Positions 9,578-19,648 of a stretch of 64,000 bases of DNA are shown one piece after another. The DNA lies in the NCBI GenBank assembly GCA_016217545.1, contig JACRHT010000003.1:233501-297500 (forward strand). The letters are read 5' to 3'. The notes beneath the pieces were generated by a model, which was given only the letters and a program-made list of their open reading frames with translations, was not told where the DNA came from and made no database searches. Made by a program: the position numbers and the translations under genes. Origin of the DNA: Opitutia bacterium (GTDB taxonomy: Bacteria; Verrucomicrobiota; Verrucomicrobiia; Opitutales; Opitutaceae). The first letter of the stretch is position 1; every line of letters begins with the position of its first letter.

Positions 9578-11299
9578 TCAGAAGCCGACGGCGGCGTTCG
9601 TGCGGCGCGGGTCGGCGTAGCCGGTGTAGCTGCCGTCGGCGTGGCGCTCGATGACGTTGATGCCACCGAAGCGGCGGCCGGTGCCGGGCGCCTCGCTCAG
9701 GTCGACCTTCCACCCCAGCGCACGGAGCGCCGCGACCTCGGCCTCGGGCAGCGAGCGCTCGGCCTCGACGGTGTTGTCGTCGCCGCGGCGCCAGTTGTTG
9801 TCCCAATGCACGCGCGTATCGCCGATCGCGTCGGCGAACGGACGGTTGAGAACGATGCGGTCGAGCAACGCTTGCAGCATCGCGGTCGGGATGCGCGCGG
9901 CGCCGGGGATGCCCATGGCGAAGACCGGCTTGCCGTCGCGGAACGCGATCAGCGGCGAGATCGTGCTGCGGGAGCGGCGGCCGGGCGCGAGGTAGTTGAG
10001 GCTGCGCGGCTCGCTGAACGAGAAGTTGCTCATCGAGTCGTTCATCACGACGCCGGTGCCGGGCGGCACTACACCCGCGCCGAAGTGCAGGCTCTGCGAT
10101 TGCGTCGCGCAGACGAAATTACCCTCGGCGTCGGCGACCGCGAAGTGCGTCGTGGCCGCGGCACAATCGGACGAGAAACCACCGTCGTCGAGCCAGGCAG
10201 CGGCTTTGGACGGAGCGAGGTGCGAGGCACGAACCTGCGCACGAAGCGCGGCGACGGAATCAGGCGCGACGAGTTTCTCGAAGTTGAACCACGACTGCGG
10301 TGCGTCGGCGATGTCACGATAGACGAGCGGTGAGACGACGCGCCACGTGCGACCAAGCAGATCGAGGTTGTCGGCGCGGCGCAGCGGGCCGCCGCCGAAC
10401 TTTTCCTCCTCGAGCACTTTCATGATCGTCAGGAAAAGCGCCGGACCGCTCGCGGGCGGCGGAGCGGCAAGCAGGCGATAGCCACGAAAATCGAGGACGA
10501 GCGGTTCGCTGACGCGCGCCTCGTAGTGCGCGAGGTCGTCGGGCGTGATCGCTCCCCCGCCCTGCTTTGACGCGGCGACGAGCGCCTCGGCAACGGGGCC
10601 TTTGTAGAATCCATCGCGGCCGTGGGCGGCGAGGAGTTCGAGCGTGTGCGCGAGATCGGCGTTGGCGAGGCGCGTGCCGACGACCGGCAGTTCACCATTG
10701 GGCAGATAAAGGCGCGCGATCTCGGCATCGCCGCGACGAAGTTTCTTCTCCTGCTCGGCGAAGAAGTCGCGCGTCTTCGGCAGGACGAGGAAGCCTCGGC
10801 GCGCGAGCTGGATCGACGGTGCGACGTCGTCGGCCCACTTGAGTCGGCCCCACTTTTCGTGGGCGAGCGCCAAGCCGGCGGCGAGGCCGGGAACGCTGAC
10901 CGATCCGTAGCCGTAGCTGCGGACTTCCTCGGGCCGCTTCACGTAGGTGGCGACGTCGACCGAGGGAGCGGCGTCCATCGCGTCGATGGCGTAGGTGCGG
11001 CCGGATTTCGCGTCGTGGTAGAGCAGCATCAGCTTGCCGCCGAGGCCGGAGCCGTAGGGCTCGGCGACACCGAGCGCGAGCGAGACGGCGACGGCGGCGT
11101 CGATGGCGTTGCCGCCCGCCTTCAGGATCTCGACGCCCGCTTGGGCTGCCTCGGGATGGCCGGCAACGACCATGCCGTGCGGCGCGGCGACGGGTTCGAC
11201 GCGGACGGGAACCGTGGTCGTCGCGGCGAGCGCGACGACCGCGGAAAAGAGGCAGAGAACCGAGAATAGAGGGCGGAGGGCGGAAGACGCGCGAGACAT
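9578..11299 (-). CDS. ggt: Gamma-glutamyltransferase
   Basis: 573 aa with a signal peptide. GGT signatures include GGNAIDAAVAV, PYGSGLGGK and the autoprocessing site region ATTHFAVADAEGN. Confidence 0.9.
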   Translation of the reverse strand: MSRASSALRPLFSVLCLFSAVVALAATTTVPVRVEPVAAPHGMVVAGHPEAAQAGVEILKAGGNAIDAAVAVSLALGVAEPYGSGLGGKLMLLYHDAKSGRTYAIDAMDAAPSVDVATYVKRPEEVRSYGYGSVSVPGLAAGLALAHEKWGRLKWADDVAPSIQLARRGFLVLPKTRDFFAEQEKKLRRGDAEIARLYLPNGELPVVGTRLANADLAHTLELLAAHGRDGFYKGPVAEALVAASKQGGGAITPDDLAHYEARVSEPLVLDFRGYRLLAAPPPASGPALFLTIMKVLEEEKFGGGPLRRADNLDLLGRTWRVVSPLVYRDIADAPQSWFNFEKLVAPDSVAALRAQVRASHLAPSKAAAWLDDGGFSSDCAAATTHFAVADAEGNFVCATQSQSLHFGAGVVPPGTGVVMNDSMSNFSFSEPRSLNYLAPGRRSRSTISPLIAFRDGKPVFAMGIPGAARIPTAMLQALLDRIVLNRPFADAIGDTRVHWDNNWRRGDDNTVEAERSLPEAEVAALRALGWKVDLSEAPGTGRRFGGINVIERHADGSYTGYADPRRTNAAVGF

Positions 11300-11331
11300 G
11301 AGTGGTGAAGTCGAGACGTGATGCGTGGTTC

Positions 11332-11359
11332 GCGGCGGGCCCGGCGGTCCCGCCCTACC
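11332..11359. repeat. Solo arm of palindromic element family A
   Basis: GCGGCGGGCCCGGCGGTCCCGCCCTACC matches the reverse complement of 40243-40270 (inside tatD) with one mismatch. No opposing arm is seen here. Located in the ggt/dctA intergenic region. Confidence 0.5.
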
Positions 11360-11373
11360 TCACGCTTCGGTAG

Positions 11374-12624
11374 CTAAGAACGCAGCACATTGGGAGCGCC
11401 CTCGGCCTTGGCGTCGAACGCGCGGTCCCATTTGGCAATGACGAGCGTGGCGACCGTGTTGCCGATGAAGTTGGTGATGGCGCGCGCTTCGGACATGAAG
11501 CGGTCGACGCCGAGGATGAGCGCCATGCCGGCAACGGGCACATGGCCGGTGGCGGAGAGCGTCGCGGCGAGCGTGATGAAGCCGCTGCCGGTGACGCCGG
11601 CCGCGCCTTTCGAGGTGAGCAACAGCACCGCGAGCAGGCCGAGCTGGTGCCAGAGGTCGAGCGGCGTGTCGGTCGCCTGCGCGATGAAGAGCGCGGCCAT
11701 CGTCAGGTAGATGCAGGTGCCGTCGAGGTTGAACGAGTAGCCGGACGGCACGACGATGCCGACGACCTGCGGCGCGCAGCCGGCGCGCTCCATTTTCGTC
11801 ATCAGGCCGGGCAAACCAGCCTCCGACGACGACGTGCCGATGACGATCATCAGTTCTTCGCGGATGAATTTCAGGATTTTCCAGAGCGAGAAACCGCTCG
11901 CGCGCGCGATGCCGCCAAGCACGACTACGATGAAGACGATGCAGGTCAGGTAGACGCAGGCCATGAGGCCGGCGAGGGACTTGAGCGAGCCGAGGCCGTA
12001 TTTGCCGACGGTGAACGCCATGGCGCCGAACGCCGCGATCGGCGCGACCTTGGCAACGATGTTCACCATCATGAAAAACGCCTTCGAGACTTCGTGCAGC
12101 AGGTCGACGAGCGGGCGCGCCTTGTCGCCGAGTTTCGCGAGTGCGAAACCGAAGAGCAGCGAGACCATCAACACCTGGAGGATTTCGCCTTCGACGAAGG
12201 CGCTGACGAAGGTGTTCGGGACGAGGTGCATCGCCCAATCGACGAACGACATCTCCTTCGCGGCCTTGGCGTATTGCGCGACGGCGGCGGCATCGAGCGA
12301 GGCGGCGGTGGCGTGCACGCCGGCGCCGGGCTGGAAGAGGTTCGCGACGACGAGGCCGATGACGAGGGCGAGCGTGGTGACGACCTCGAAGTAGAGCAGC
12401 GCCTTCGCGCCGACGCGGCCGACCTGCTTGAGGTTGCCCATGCCACCGATGCCGGAGACGACCGTCGTGAAGATGATCGGCCCGATCAGCATCTTGATCA
12501 GCTTGATGAACACGTCGCCGAGCGGTTTGAGGTCGGCGCCGAGCGTGGGTTGATAGTGGCCGAGCAGGATGCCCGCGCCAATGGCGAGCAACACCTGCAC
12601 GTAGAGGTGACGCAGGAATCTCAT
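11374..12624 (-). CDS. dctA: C4-dicarboxylate / cation symporter
   Basis: 416 aa. [22 protein letters not shown]...[21 protein letters not shown] and later DAACS-family motifs. Confidence 0.88.
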   Translation of the reverse strand: MRFLRHLYVQVLLAIGAGILLGHYQPTLGADLKPLGDVFIKLIKMLIGPIIFTTVVSGIGGMGNLKQVGRVGAKALLYFEVVTTLALVIGLVVANLFQPGAGVHATAASLDAAAVAQYAKAAKEMSFVDWAMHLVPNTFVSAFVEGEILQVLMVSLLFGFALAKLGDKARPLVDLLHEVSKAFFMMVNIVAKVAPIAAFGAMAFTVGKYGLGSLKSLAGLMACVYLTCIVFIVVVLGGIARASGFSLWKILKFIREELMIVIGTSSSEAGLPGLMTKMERAGCAPQVVGIVVPSGYSFNLDGTCIYLTMAALFIAQATDTPLDLWHQLGLLAVLLLTSKGAAGVTGSGFITLAATLSATGHVPVAGMALILGVDRFMSEARAITNFIGNTVATLVIAKWDRAFDAKAEGAPNVLRS

Positions 12625-12661
12625 GTGGGGTAGCCGGCGTGGGGCACGCGCGGACGCGGCG

Positions 12662-12690
12662 GAAAAAAGCCCCGCGGGTGGCGCGGGGCG
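12662..12690 (-). terminator. Rho-independent terminator after the TonB-dependent receptor
   Basis: The minus strand reads GCCCCGCGCCACCCGCGGGGC followed by UUUUUUCC. It begins about 18 nt downstream of the receptor stop codon. Confidence 0.7.
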
Positions 12691-12707
12691 AGGTTATTCC
12701 GGAAGCG

Positions 12708-15700
12708 TCAGAGTTTCTTGGTCACCTGGACGGACCACGAGAGACCGCGCGCCATGAGATTGTAGACGGAGGTGTCGTAACCGCGCGAATCGGCGGCGAG
12801 CGGCGGCACACGATCGAAGAGGTTCACGACGCCGACGCGGATGGTGGTGTCGTTGGTCCACTTGTTCTTCGTCTGAAGGCGATACGAGACGTAGGCGTTG
12901 GTCATGATCGAATCGCGGACCTTGTAGCGGTAGGTCGTGGTGCCGTTGCTGTAGACGGGCACGATGTAGGTCGGCGAGCCGAGCGATTCCCACGTGGCCT
13001 GCGTGGTGGTCGCGTTCACGTCGGTGTAGGTGCCGGTGTAGTAGCCGGCGATACCGGCGCCCCACTGGTTACGGCGCCAAGTGAGCGAGGCGTTACCGCG
13101 CCACTTGGGCGTCGCACCGCCGACGTTCGTGGTGTTGGAGTCGCGGAGGTCGACGCGCGGGCCGCCGGCGGAGTTGTAGGCGTGGAAGTCGTTCAGGTAG
13201 GTCCACGTGGTGTTGAACGTGAAGTTGCCGATCGACCATTTCGGGAAGCGGTAACTCAGGTCGAAGTCGAAACCGTTCACGAACTCCGAGGCCTTGTTGA
13301 AGTAGGTCGTGCGCAGGATATCGATCGCGCCGACGACGGCGCGCTGGTTGCCCGGGGCGCGCGAGGCGTTGTAGGCGGCGAAGAAATCGCGGTCGGCTTG
13401 GGTGACCGGCAGGCGGACGACGGCCGGGTCGCCCTGGTAGTTCGCGGTGCCGGAACCGAGGTCGATGGAGCCGATGGCCTGACCGGCGGCGAGCGCGGCC
13501 TGCGTGGCAGCGAGGAGCGCGGCGGTGTCGTCGGCGATGGAGCCGGACGACGAGATGACGTTGCTCTGGCGGACTTCCCAGTAGTCGACGCCGAGGGAAA
13601 GGCCCTTCACGAACGGCACCTCGACAACGACGCCGGCGGATTTGCCCTTCGCTTCTTCGGGCGCGAGGTTCGGATTGCCGGAGGCGACGCTGCGGCGGTT
13701 GGACGGGCCGTCGGTCGGGAGGCCGGTGACGGTGCTGCGATAGGTGTCGGTGCTGCCGGTGACGGTGCGGATGAGCGTGCCGGTGAAGAGCTGCGCGAGG
13801 TTAGGCGCGTGGAAGCCCTCATTGTAGGAGGCGCGGACCATCGCCCAGCGCACGGGCTGCCAGCTGAGGCCGAACTTGGGCTTCGTGGTGTTGCCGAAGT
13901 CGGTGTAGCGCTCGTGGCGCGCGGAGGCGGTGAGCTCGAGCGACTCGACGAGCGGGAACTTGAGTTTCTTGCCGACGAGCGGAATGACGGTCTCGGCGTA
14001 GGCGGCGGTGACGTGGCGGTTGCCGTGCGTGTCGGAATTGGGCGAGAAGCCGAGGAAGTCGTTCGACGTCGGGTCGAGACCGGAGGAGGCGGGGTTCAGG
14101 CCGGCGAAGGGCGGGCGGAAGTCGTCGTAGACTTCGCGGCGATACTCGGTGCCGACGGCGAGGCCGATGGTGTTGCCGCCCCAGATGTCGAACACGTCGC
14201 CGCTGGCACGCGCGTCCCAGCTGCCGAGCTTGGTGATGCCGTCGCGGACGAACTGCGAGCGGAAGGTCTGCTGGACGCTCTCGGGATTCTTGTAGTCGCC
14301 GGTGACGACGAGCGTGCCGTTTTGCACGGCGAAGGTGCGGGTGAAGGGATTGAAGGCCTTCGCGGGATCGGTCTGGTTGATCGCGGCGATGAGGAGGCTC
14401 TTGCGGGATGGGCCGCCTTCGTCGTCGGTGACGCGCGACTCGCCGTAGAGGAGCGCGGATTCCCAGGACCAGCTGCCGTGCAACTTGCCGCGCACGCCGG
14501 CGACGCCGCGATAGACGGTGTTGTCGACGGTGGAGGTGCGCGTGGCGAGGTCGGTGAGGCGCTTGTTGCTGATGAGCACGGCGGCGGGCGTGCCGGTGAG
14601 GCGGGGGCTGCCGTCGGTGTTGGGCGCGCCGGTGGGCGACCAGAAGCGCGAACCGAAGGGGTTGAAGGGATTGTCGACCGGCACGATGATGTTGCCGTCG
14701 GTCGAGGCGGTGATGCCGTCGGGCTCGCGGTAGGTGACGGAGCGCGCGCGGTAGTAGTTGAAGTCGGCGAAGAGCGTGAGGTTTTCGCGGAGGTCGTATT
14801 CACCGGCGAGGAAAAGGTTGCCGCGCTTCGTCTCGGGCTGGAGGACGCGGTAGGCGTTGTTGTTCCAGTAATAGGTCGAGGTGACGCCCGCGCGGCTCGG
14901 CGTGCTGGTCTGGAAGCCGACGCCGGTCGTCGTGGGAACAAGGAAGAACTGGCCGGAGGACGCGACGAGCGACGAGGGAATGCCGCTGGTGCGGCCGGCG
15001 GTGAACACGCCGCCGGTAACGGTGCCGATGCTGTAGTTGCCGAATTCGCTGGTGGCCGAACGCGCGTTGAAGGTCGTGTTCGTGGAGACGTTCCACGGTG
15101 CGGGGGCGCGGTAGCTCATGTCGGCCTCGGCCATGAAGTCGCGATCGCGCGCGTAGGTCGCGTCGCGCTTGAACACATCGAGCGTGAGGATGCCGCGACC
15201 CTTGCCGTTGGCGAAATCGAAGCCGTGCGTCAGCGAGGCGCGCGCCTCGGCGCCGTCGCCGTAGCGCGTCTCGCCGTAGCGGAGCTGGAGTTCGGTGCCG
15301 CGAAATTCGCGGCGCATGATGTAGTTCACGACGCCGGCGACGGCGTCGGTGCCGTAGATGGAGGACGCGCCGTCGCGCAGGATGTCGATGCGCTGGATGC
15401 CGCGGTTCGGGAGGATGTTGACGTTGGTCGTGAGCGTGGGGACGCCGGCCTCGGACTGCGAAATCGGGTGCGGCGGGAGGCGGCGGCCGTTGAGGAGGAT
15501 AAGCGTGTTGCTCGAGGGCAGGCCGCGGAGCGAGCTGGAGGAATTGTCGCCGCGCGCGGTGGCGCCGAGGGTCGCGGTCTCGTTGCCGGGCAGGCCGGTG
15601 ACTTGCGGAATCGAGATGAGCAGGTCGGCGGGCTGGGAGGCGTCGCGCACTTCCATCGCGTCGCGGTCGATGACGGTGACAGGGAGCGTCTTTTCCTGGT

Positions 15701-15869
15701 CGAGACGTTTGAGGTTCGAGCCGGTGACCACGTATTGGTCGAGCTTCACGGGCTGTTCGTCGCGCGGGGCATCGGGCGCGGGAGCGGCGGATTGCGCGAA
15801 CGAGGGCGAAGCGAGCGCGAGCGGCGCGAGGAGCGCGAGCAGGCGGAAGGTGCGCGAGGGTTGGTTCAT
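12708..15869 (-). CDS. TonB-dependent receptor
   Basis: Start set at ATG 15869 (MNQPSRTFRLLALLAPLALASPSFAQS signal peptide). Plug region (VKLDQYVVTGS...VTVIDRDAM). The C-terminus ...GLSWSVQVTKKL is an aromatic-poor variant of the terminal beta-strand. About 1050 aa. Confidence 0.88.
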   Translation of the reverse strand: MNQPSRTFRLLALLAPLALASPSFAQSAAPAPDAPRDEQPVKLDQYVVTGSNLKRLDQEKTLPVTVIDRDAMEVRDASQPADLLISIPQVTGLPGNETATLGATARGDNSSSSLRGLPSSNTLILLNGRRLPPHPISQSEAGVPTLTTNVNILPNRGIQRIDILRDGASSIYGTDAVAGVVNYIMRREFRGTELQLRYGETRYGDGAEARASLTHGFDFANGKGRGILTLDVFKRDATYARDRDFMAEADMSYRAPAPWNVSTNTTFNARSATSEFGNYSIGTVTGGVFTAGRTSGIPSSLVASSGQFFLVPTTTGVGFQTSTPSRAGVTSTYYWNNNAYRVLQPETKRGNLFLAGEYDLRENLTLFADFNYYRARSVTYREPDGITASTDGNIIVPVDNPFNPFGSRFWSPTGAPNTDGSPRLTGTPAAVLISNKRLTDLATRTSTVDNTVYRGVAGVRGKLHGSWSWESALLYGESRVTDDEGGPSRKSLLIAAINQTDPAKAFNPFTRTFAVQNGTLVVTGDYKNPESVQQTFRSQFVRDGITKLGSWDARASGDVFDIWGGNTIGLAVGTEYRREVYDDFRPPFAGLNPASSGLDPTSNDFLGFSPNSDTHGNRHVTAAYAETVIPLVGKKLKFPLVESLELTASARHERYTDFGNTTKPKFGLSWQPVRWAMVRASYNEGFHAPNLAQLFTGTLIRTVTGSTDTYRSTVTGLPTDGPSNRRSVASGNPNLAPEEAKGKSAGVVVEVPFVKGLSLGVDYWEVRQSNVISSSGSIADDTAALLAATQAALAAGQAIGSIDLGSGTANYQGDPAVVRLPVTQADRDFFAAYNASRAPGNQRAVVGAIDILRTTYFNKASEFVNGFDFDLSYRFPKWSIGNFTFNTTWTYLNDFHAYNSAGGPRVDLRDSNTTNVGGATPKWRGNASLTWRRNQWGAGIAGYYTGTYTDVNATTTQATWESLGSPTYIVPVYSNGTTTYRYKVRDSIMTNAYVSYRLQTKNKWTNDTTIRVGVVNLFDRVPPLAADSRGYDTSVYNLMARGLSWSVQVTKKL

Positions 15870-15898
15870 GGGCGTGCGGGGTGTTGGGTCGGCTAGGT

Positions 15899-16753
15899 TC
15901 AGTGCGAAAAGAGAAGACGGGCGGCGGCGGGCGCCATGGCCTTGTTCTGGTGCGCGACACCGGGAACAGTCGAGAGCTTCCACCGGAAGTCTGCGTCACG
16001 TGCCGCGGCCGCCTGTTGGGCGAAGCGGAAAAAGAACTGGCCCCGCGCAAAGCGGTAGAGTCCCTGCTCGTCGGCCTCGGGCGTGCGGCGCAGGGATTGG
16101 TGGTTCGAATCGGTGTCCGCTTCGCCGAGCAAAACGATCAACGGGAAGGCAAAGACTCGGCGCAACGTCGCGGCATCGGCAGGCGTGCCACGAAGGCCAT
16201 AGGGAAATCCCCGGTCGAGATCCGGGAGCATATACCAACCGGCGTTCGCAGCCACGGCGCGGGTGGCGCGGCTGGCGGGAACGAAGTAGAGGAAACGCTG
16301 CACGAACTGCGCGCCGGCGGAATGGCCGTAGATCGCGTAATCGTTGCGCGTGCTACCGAGGTGCGCGCGCGCGGCGTCGAAGATCGGCTCGATCATGCTG
16401 TAGGACCATTGCTCGCGGGGCCGCAGGTGGCCGGAAGCGTCGAAGAGATTGCCGGAGTTGAACGATTCCTCGCCGGGAAACTCCGTCTTCGAAAACTCCG
16501 GCACGATGAGCGCGAACTTCAGCGCGTCGGCCTGCTCGATCCAGTCCTGCAGGTATTCCTCGGCGTTGCGGCCCACGCCGTGGATCACCACGAGCACGGG
16601 CGCATCGGCCGGCACCTCGGCGGGCCGGTGATACCAGACGGTCAGATGGTGACCGCCGCCGGTGAACGCGAAGCTGTCGTGCGCCGCGCGCGTCACGGCC
16701 GGCATGGCGGCGGCCAGGCTCCAGCAAAACACGATGAGTCGAGCAAAGCTCAC
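15899..16753 (-). CDS. Secreted alpha/beta hydrolase (esterase-like)
   Basis: 284 aa with an N-terminal signal-like segment. Nucleophile elbow GHSAG (IYGHSAGAQF). The start is probably GTG at 16753. Lies 29 nt upstream of the TonB receptor gene on the same strand. Confidence 0.7.
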   Translation of the reverse strand: MSFARLIVFCWSLAAAMPAVTRAAHDSFAFTGGGHHLTVWYHRPAEVPADAPVLVVIHGVGRNAEEYLQDWIEQADALKFALIVPEFSKTEFPGEESFNSGNLFDASGHLRPREQWSYSMIEPIFDAARAHLGSTRNDYAIYGHSAGAQFVQRFLYFVPASRATRAVAANAGWYMLPDLDRGFPYGLRGTPADAATLRRVFAFPLIVLLGEADTDSNHQSLRRTPEADEQGLYRFARGQFFFRFAQQAAAARDADFRWKLSTVPGVAHQNKAMAPAAARLLFSH

Positions 16754-16914
16754 GCGAGGATCAATGCGGTCAGTGTGGGCAACGATGGATGAGGGGTAAG
16801 GGTGCCGAAACGAATGTTAACAGATTCGCGTGCGCCGCCCAGATGGGGCTCTGCCCGTTCCCATGGCGTATAACTACGTAACGGGCCGCGCGACCGGCGG
16901 TGGCGACGCGCGGG

Positions 16915-18873
16915 CTAGAGCGGGATGTAGCACACCGTGTTCGAGATCATGATCATGATGAACACCAGGCACGTCGTCAGCGGACCGAGGTAGATCCGGC
17001 CGGTGAGGTTGAAGAAGGCGCGGTTGAAATACGGCAGGACGAACATCATCGGCACGACCGCGAAGAGCAGGTTGATGTAGAGCCAGCCGTCGGTCCAATG
17101 CACCGTGCCCGTGCGGGCGAACGTCGCGTATTGAACGACGATGATGAGGAGCAGCCCGAGCGAGTTCGCCAAGCCGCCGAGCAGCCGGCTGCGCCACTCC
17201 GGCATGCCCGCGGGCCGCATCGCGCCGTTCACGCGAAGCGAGTTGGCGAGGAAGAACGGCAGGAACGCCGGTGCATACATCGCGAGGAAGATCAGCAGCG
17301 CGGGCTGGAAGACGCGCACGCCGAGAAACAGGAAGCGGTAGTCGACATGGAACACCGCGCTCACCACGAAGAGCAGGCCGTAGAATCCGGCAAATAACGT
17401 GAGCGCCAGCACGGCGGTGCGGGCTAGTTCACCGGGACTCGTCGCGGCGCCCCACATCGCGGGCGTCACGCCGTGGCGCCGTCCGTGCCAGCGATAGCCG
17501 ACGTAGAAGAGCAAGAAGCCCACGGCGCCGTTGAGCAGCGCCCACAGCATCACGGCATTGTTCATGCGCTGCGGAAAAAACCACGTCTGCTCTCGCCCCG
17601 ACGCGGCGACGAACAGGCGCTGCGACAGCTCCGCCAGCGGGATGTAGCTGAAGCACGCGACGACCGCGCCGGCGACGAGCAGGCCCCAAAACACGAACCG
17701 CCCTGCGCCTTGTGCGCGCGGCTGCTGCAGCGGCACCGGATGCGCCAGCGGCTGGAAAAAGCGCACGTGCGCGAGCAGCAGTTGCGCGGCCGGCACGAGC
17801 GCGACCAGCGCCGCGACGAGCGCCACGAGCGTCAGCAGTTCCTTCCAGAACCAAACCTGATCGCGACTCGAGAGGTCGCTTCGGAGATCGAACACGCGCT
17901 CGAAGAATTCGAGTTGGTTGGCCATCGCCTCGACGCTGTAGGGCTGGAACGGATGCAGCACGCGCTCGTTGTGCACGACTCGAAGGCTGCGCGCGGCGAC
18001 GCTGCCGTAGTAGTGCCCCAGTTCCACTTCGGACACGGGGGACGTCGCGAGCGCCGCGGAGGAATTGACGAGACGCAGCGCCTCGGGCGCGCGCCGCATG
18101 TCGCCATGACCGAGTTCGTTCCGGTAGGCGCCTTCGTCGTAGAGCGCGTAACTGATGCCGATGTTCGAGCGCGCGCGATCGAGCAGCTTGTCGGTCAGCG
18201 ACAGCACGTAGCCGGAGACGAACGCCGAGTGGAGCTTGCTGGGTCGACCCGCACGCTCCGCCTCGCGGCCGAAATACGCGGCGGCCTGCATGACGGCGTT
18301 GCCGCCCGCCGAGTGGCCGGTGGCGCCGAGGCGTGACTTGTCGACGTAGTTGAGCAAATCGGTGTTCGCGGCGAATTCCACCGCGGCGAACAGGCCATAG
18401 CCTTCCGTCGTGGCCGACTGCGGACTCATCGACGCGCTCGAGCTGCCTTGCGCGTAGGGATCGATCGCGATCGCCACGATGCCGCGGCGCGCGAGTTCGA
18501 GGGCGACGTTGGCCATCGTCTCCTTCGAGCGCTGGAAGCCGGGCACGACGACGACGAGCGGGGCCTTGTGTTCAGCAGTCGCGCTGCGCGGGCGGTAAAG
18601 GTCCGCCGCGAGCCACTGGCCGTTCTGCGTCGGCAGGTTCAGTCCGACCACCTGCACGCGGCCGCACAAATTTTGGATGAGTGAGGCGAGCAGCGCGCTC
18701 ACGAGCACCAACAGCACGCAGAAGCCGAGCCGGCGCGCGGCGCGACGAGCGGATTGCTCGGCGTCCGCAGGGGGCGCCGACGACAATGGGGCAACGGGAG
18801 GAGGCATGGGCAACGCGGCGCGAGCAGCGTAGCAGGCAGGTCGCGGGCGTCTAGATGTGAGCCTCGCTGCCAT
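16915..18873 (-). CDS. Alpha/beta hydrolase fused to a C-terminal polytopic membrane domain
   Basis: 652 aa (alternative ATG at 18807). One N-terminal TM, a hydrolase domain with GHSAGG (LGATGHSAGGNAV), then roughly 8-9 hydrophobic segments (aa ~340-650) that I cannot assign to any family. Confidence 0.65.
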   Translation of the reverse strand: MAARLTSRRPRPACYAARAALPMPPPVAPLSSAPPADAEQSARRAARRLGFCVLLVLVSALLASLIQNLCGRVQVVGLNLPTQNGQWLAADLYRPRSATAEHKAPLVVVVPGFQRSKETMANVALELARRGIVAIAIDPYAQGSSSASMSPQSATTEGYGLFAAVEFAANTDLLNYVDKSRLGATGHSAGGNAVMQAAAYFGREAERAGRPSKLHSAFVSGYVLSLTDKLLDRARSNIGISYALYDEGAYRNELGHGDMRRAPEALRLVNSSAALATSPVSEVELGHYYGSVAARSLRVVHNERVLHPFQPYSVEAMANQLEFFERVFDLRSDLSSRDQVWFWKELLTLVALVAALVALVPAAQLLLAHVRFFQPLAHPVPLQQPRAQGAGRFVFWGLLVAGAVVACFSYIPLAELSQRLFVAASGREQTWFFPQRMNNAVMLWALLNGAVGFLLFYVGYRWHGRRHGVTPAMWGAATSPGELARTAVLALTLFAGFYGLLFVVSAVFHVDYRFLFLGVRVFQPALLIFLAMYAPAFLPFFLANSLRVNGAMRPAGMPEWRSRLLGGLANSLGLLLIIVVQYATFARTGTVHWTDGWLYINLLFAVVPMMFVLPYFNRAFFNLTGRIYLGPLTTCLVFIMIMISNTVCYIPL

Positions 18874-18943
18874 CGTGGCGTAGTTCTACGCCATGGGCCG
18901 CGCGCTTGCGGTCTGGTAAGACTTCGGTGTGCTAGACGTGCCC

Positions 18944-19600
18944 ATGGCCACTGCCCCTTCCGCCGCCCTCACGTTCGTCCTCGTCGACGACACGGCGACG
19001 TTCCGCGGTTTGTTGAAGGACGCGCTGCAACGGCGTTTTCAGCCGCGCGCGCTGCACGATTTCGGCAACGCGCACGAGGCGCTCGCTGCGTGCCTCGCGC
19101 AGCCGCCGGATTTGCTGATCGTGGATCTCTATCTGCGCGAGGCGGACGGCCGCGACCTGGTCCGCGCGCTGCGGCAACGCGGACTGGCCACGAAGGTGGT
19201 CGTGCTCACGGCGCATCCCGAAGCGCAACTGCCGGCGGAACTCGTCGCGCTCGGCGTGGCGGGATTCGTGGACAAGAATTCACCGTTCGAGCAGATCGAT
19301 CGCGCCGTGCAATGCGTGCTCGATGGCGGCATGTTCTTCTCGGCCACGGTGCCGCCTCCGGTGCCGTCGTCGCTCGCGAGTTTGCCGGATTTGCCGCGCC
19401 TCGGCGCCGACGCGCTCTCGGAACGCGAGCGCGAGGTCGTGCGGCTCGTCGCGCGCGGCATGGTCTCAAAGGAGATCGGCGCGCAGCTAGACCTGAGCAC
19501 GCGCACGGTGGAAAAGCATCGCGCGCGCATCCTGGCGAAACTCGGCCTGCACGATGTGGCAACGCTCGTGCGCTGGTGTCTGAGGAACGGGCTGGGTTGA
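18944..19600 (+). CDS. LuxR/NarL family response regulator
   Basis: Receiver domain (FVLVDD...DLLIVDLYL) plus a C-terminal LuxR HTH (LSEREREVVRLVARGMVSKEIGAQLDLSTRTVEKHRARILAKLG). ATG 18944 is preferred over GTG 18929. Confidence 0.88.
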   Translation: MATAPSAALTFVLVDDTATFRGLLKDALQRRFQPRALHDFGNAHEALAACLAQPPDLLIVDLYLREADGRDLVRALRQRGLATKVVVLTAHPEAQLPAELVALGVAGFVDKNSPFEQIDRAVQCVLDGGMFFSATVPPPVPSSLASLPDLPRLGADALSEREREVVRLVARGMVSKEIGAQLDLSTRTVEKHRARILAKLGLHDVATLVRWCLRNGLG

Positions 19601-19611
19601 GCGGCCGAGCG

Positions 19612-19641
19612 TTGTGGGAGCGAGCTAGCTCGCTCCCACAA
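19612..19641. terminator. Perfect 30-bp palindrome between convergent genes (bidirectional terminator-like hairpin)
   Basis: TTGTGGGAGCGAGCT|AGCTCGCTCCCACAA. It lies between the response-regulator stop (19600) and the kinase stop (19649). Confidence 0.5.
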
Positions 19642-19648
19642 GAAATCC

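Noticed and set aside
12639-15896. 1085-aa plus-strand ORF antisense to the TonB-dependent receptor
   Set aside because: Low-complexity Gly/Arg/Val/Ala/Asp/Glu sequence, while the opposite strand encodes a well-formed TonB receptor.
16823-16838. Near-palindrome GAATGTTAACAGATTC (core TGTTAACA) between the two hydrolase genes
   Set aside because: Only the 8-bp core is truly palindromic, and it is a single occurrence. It could be chance in an AT-richer spacer.
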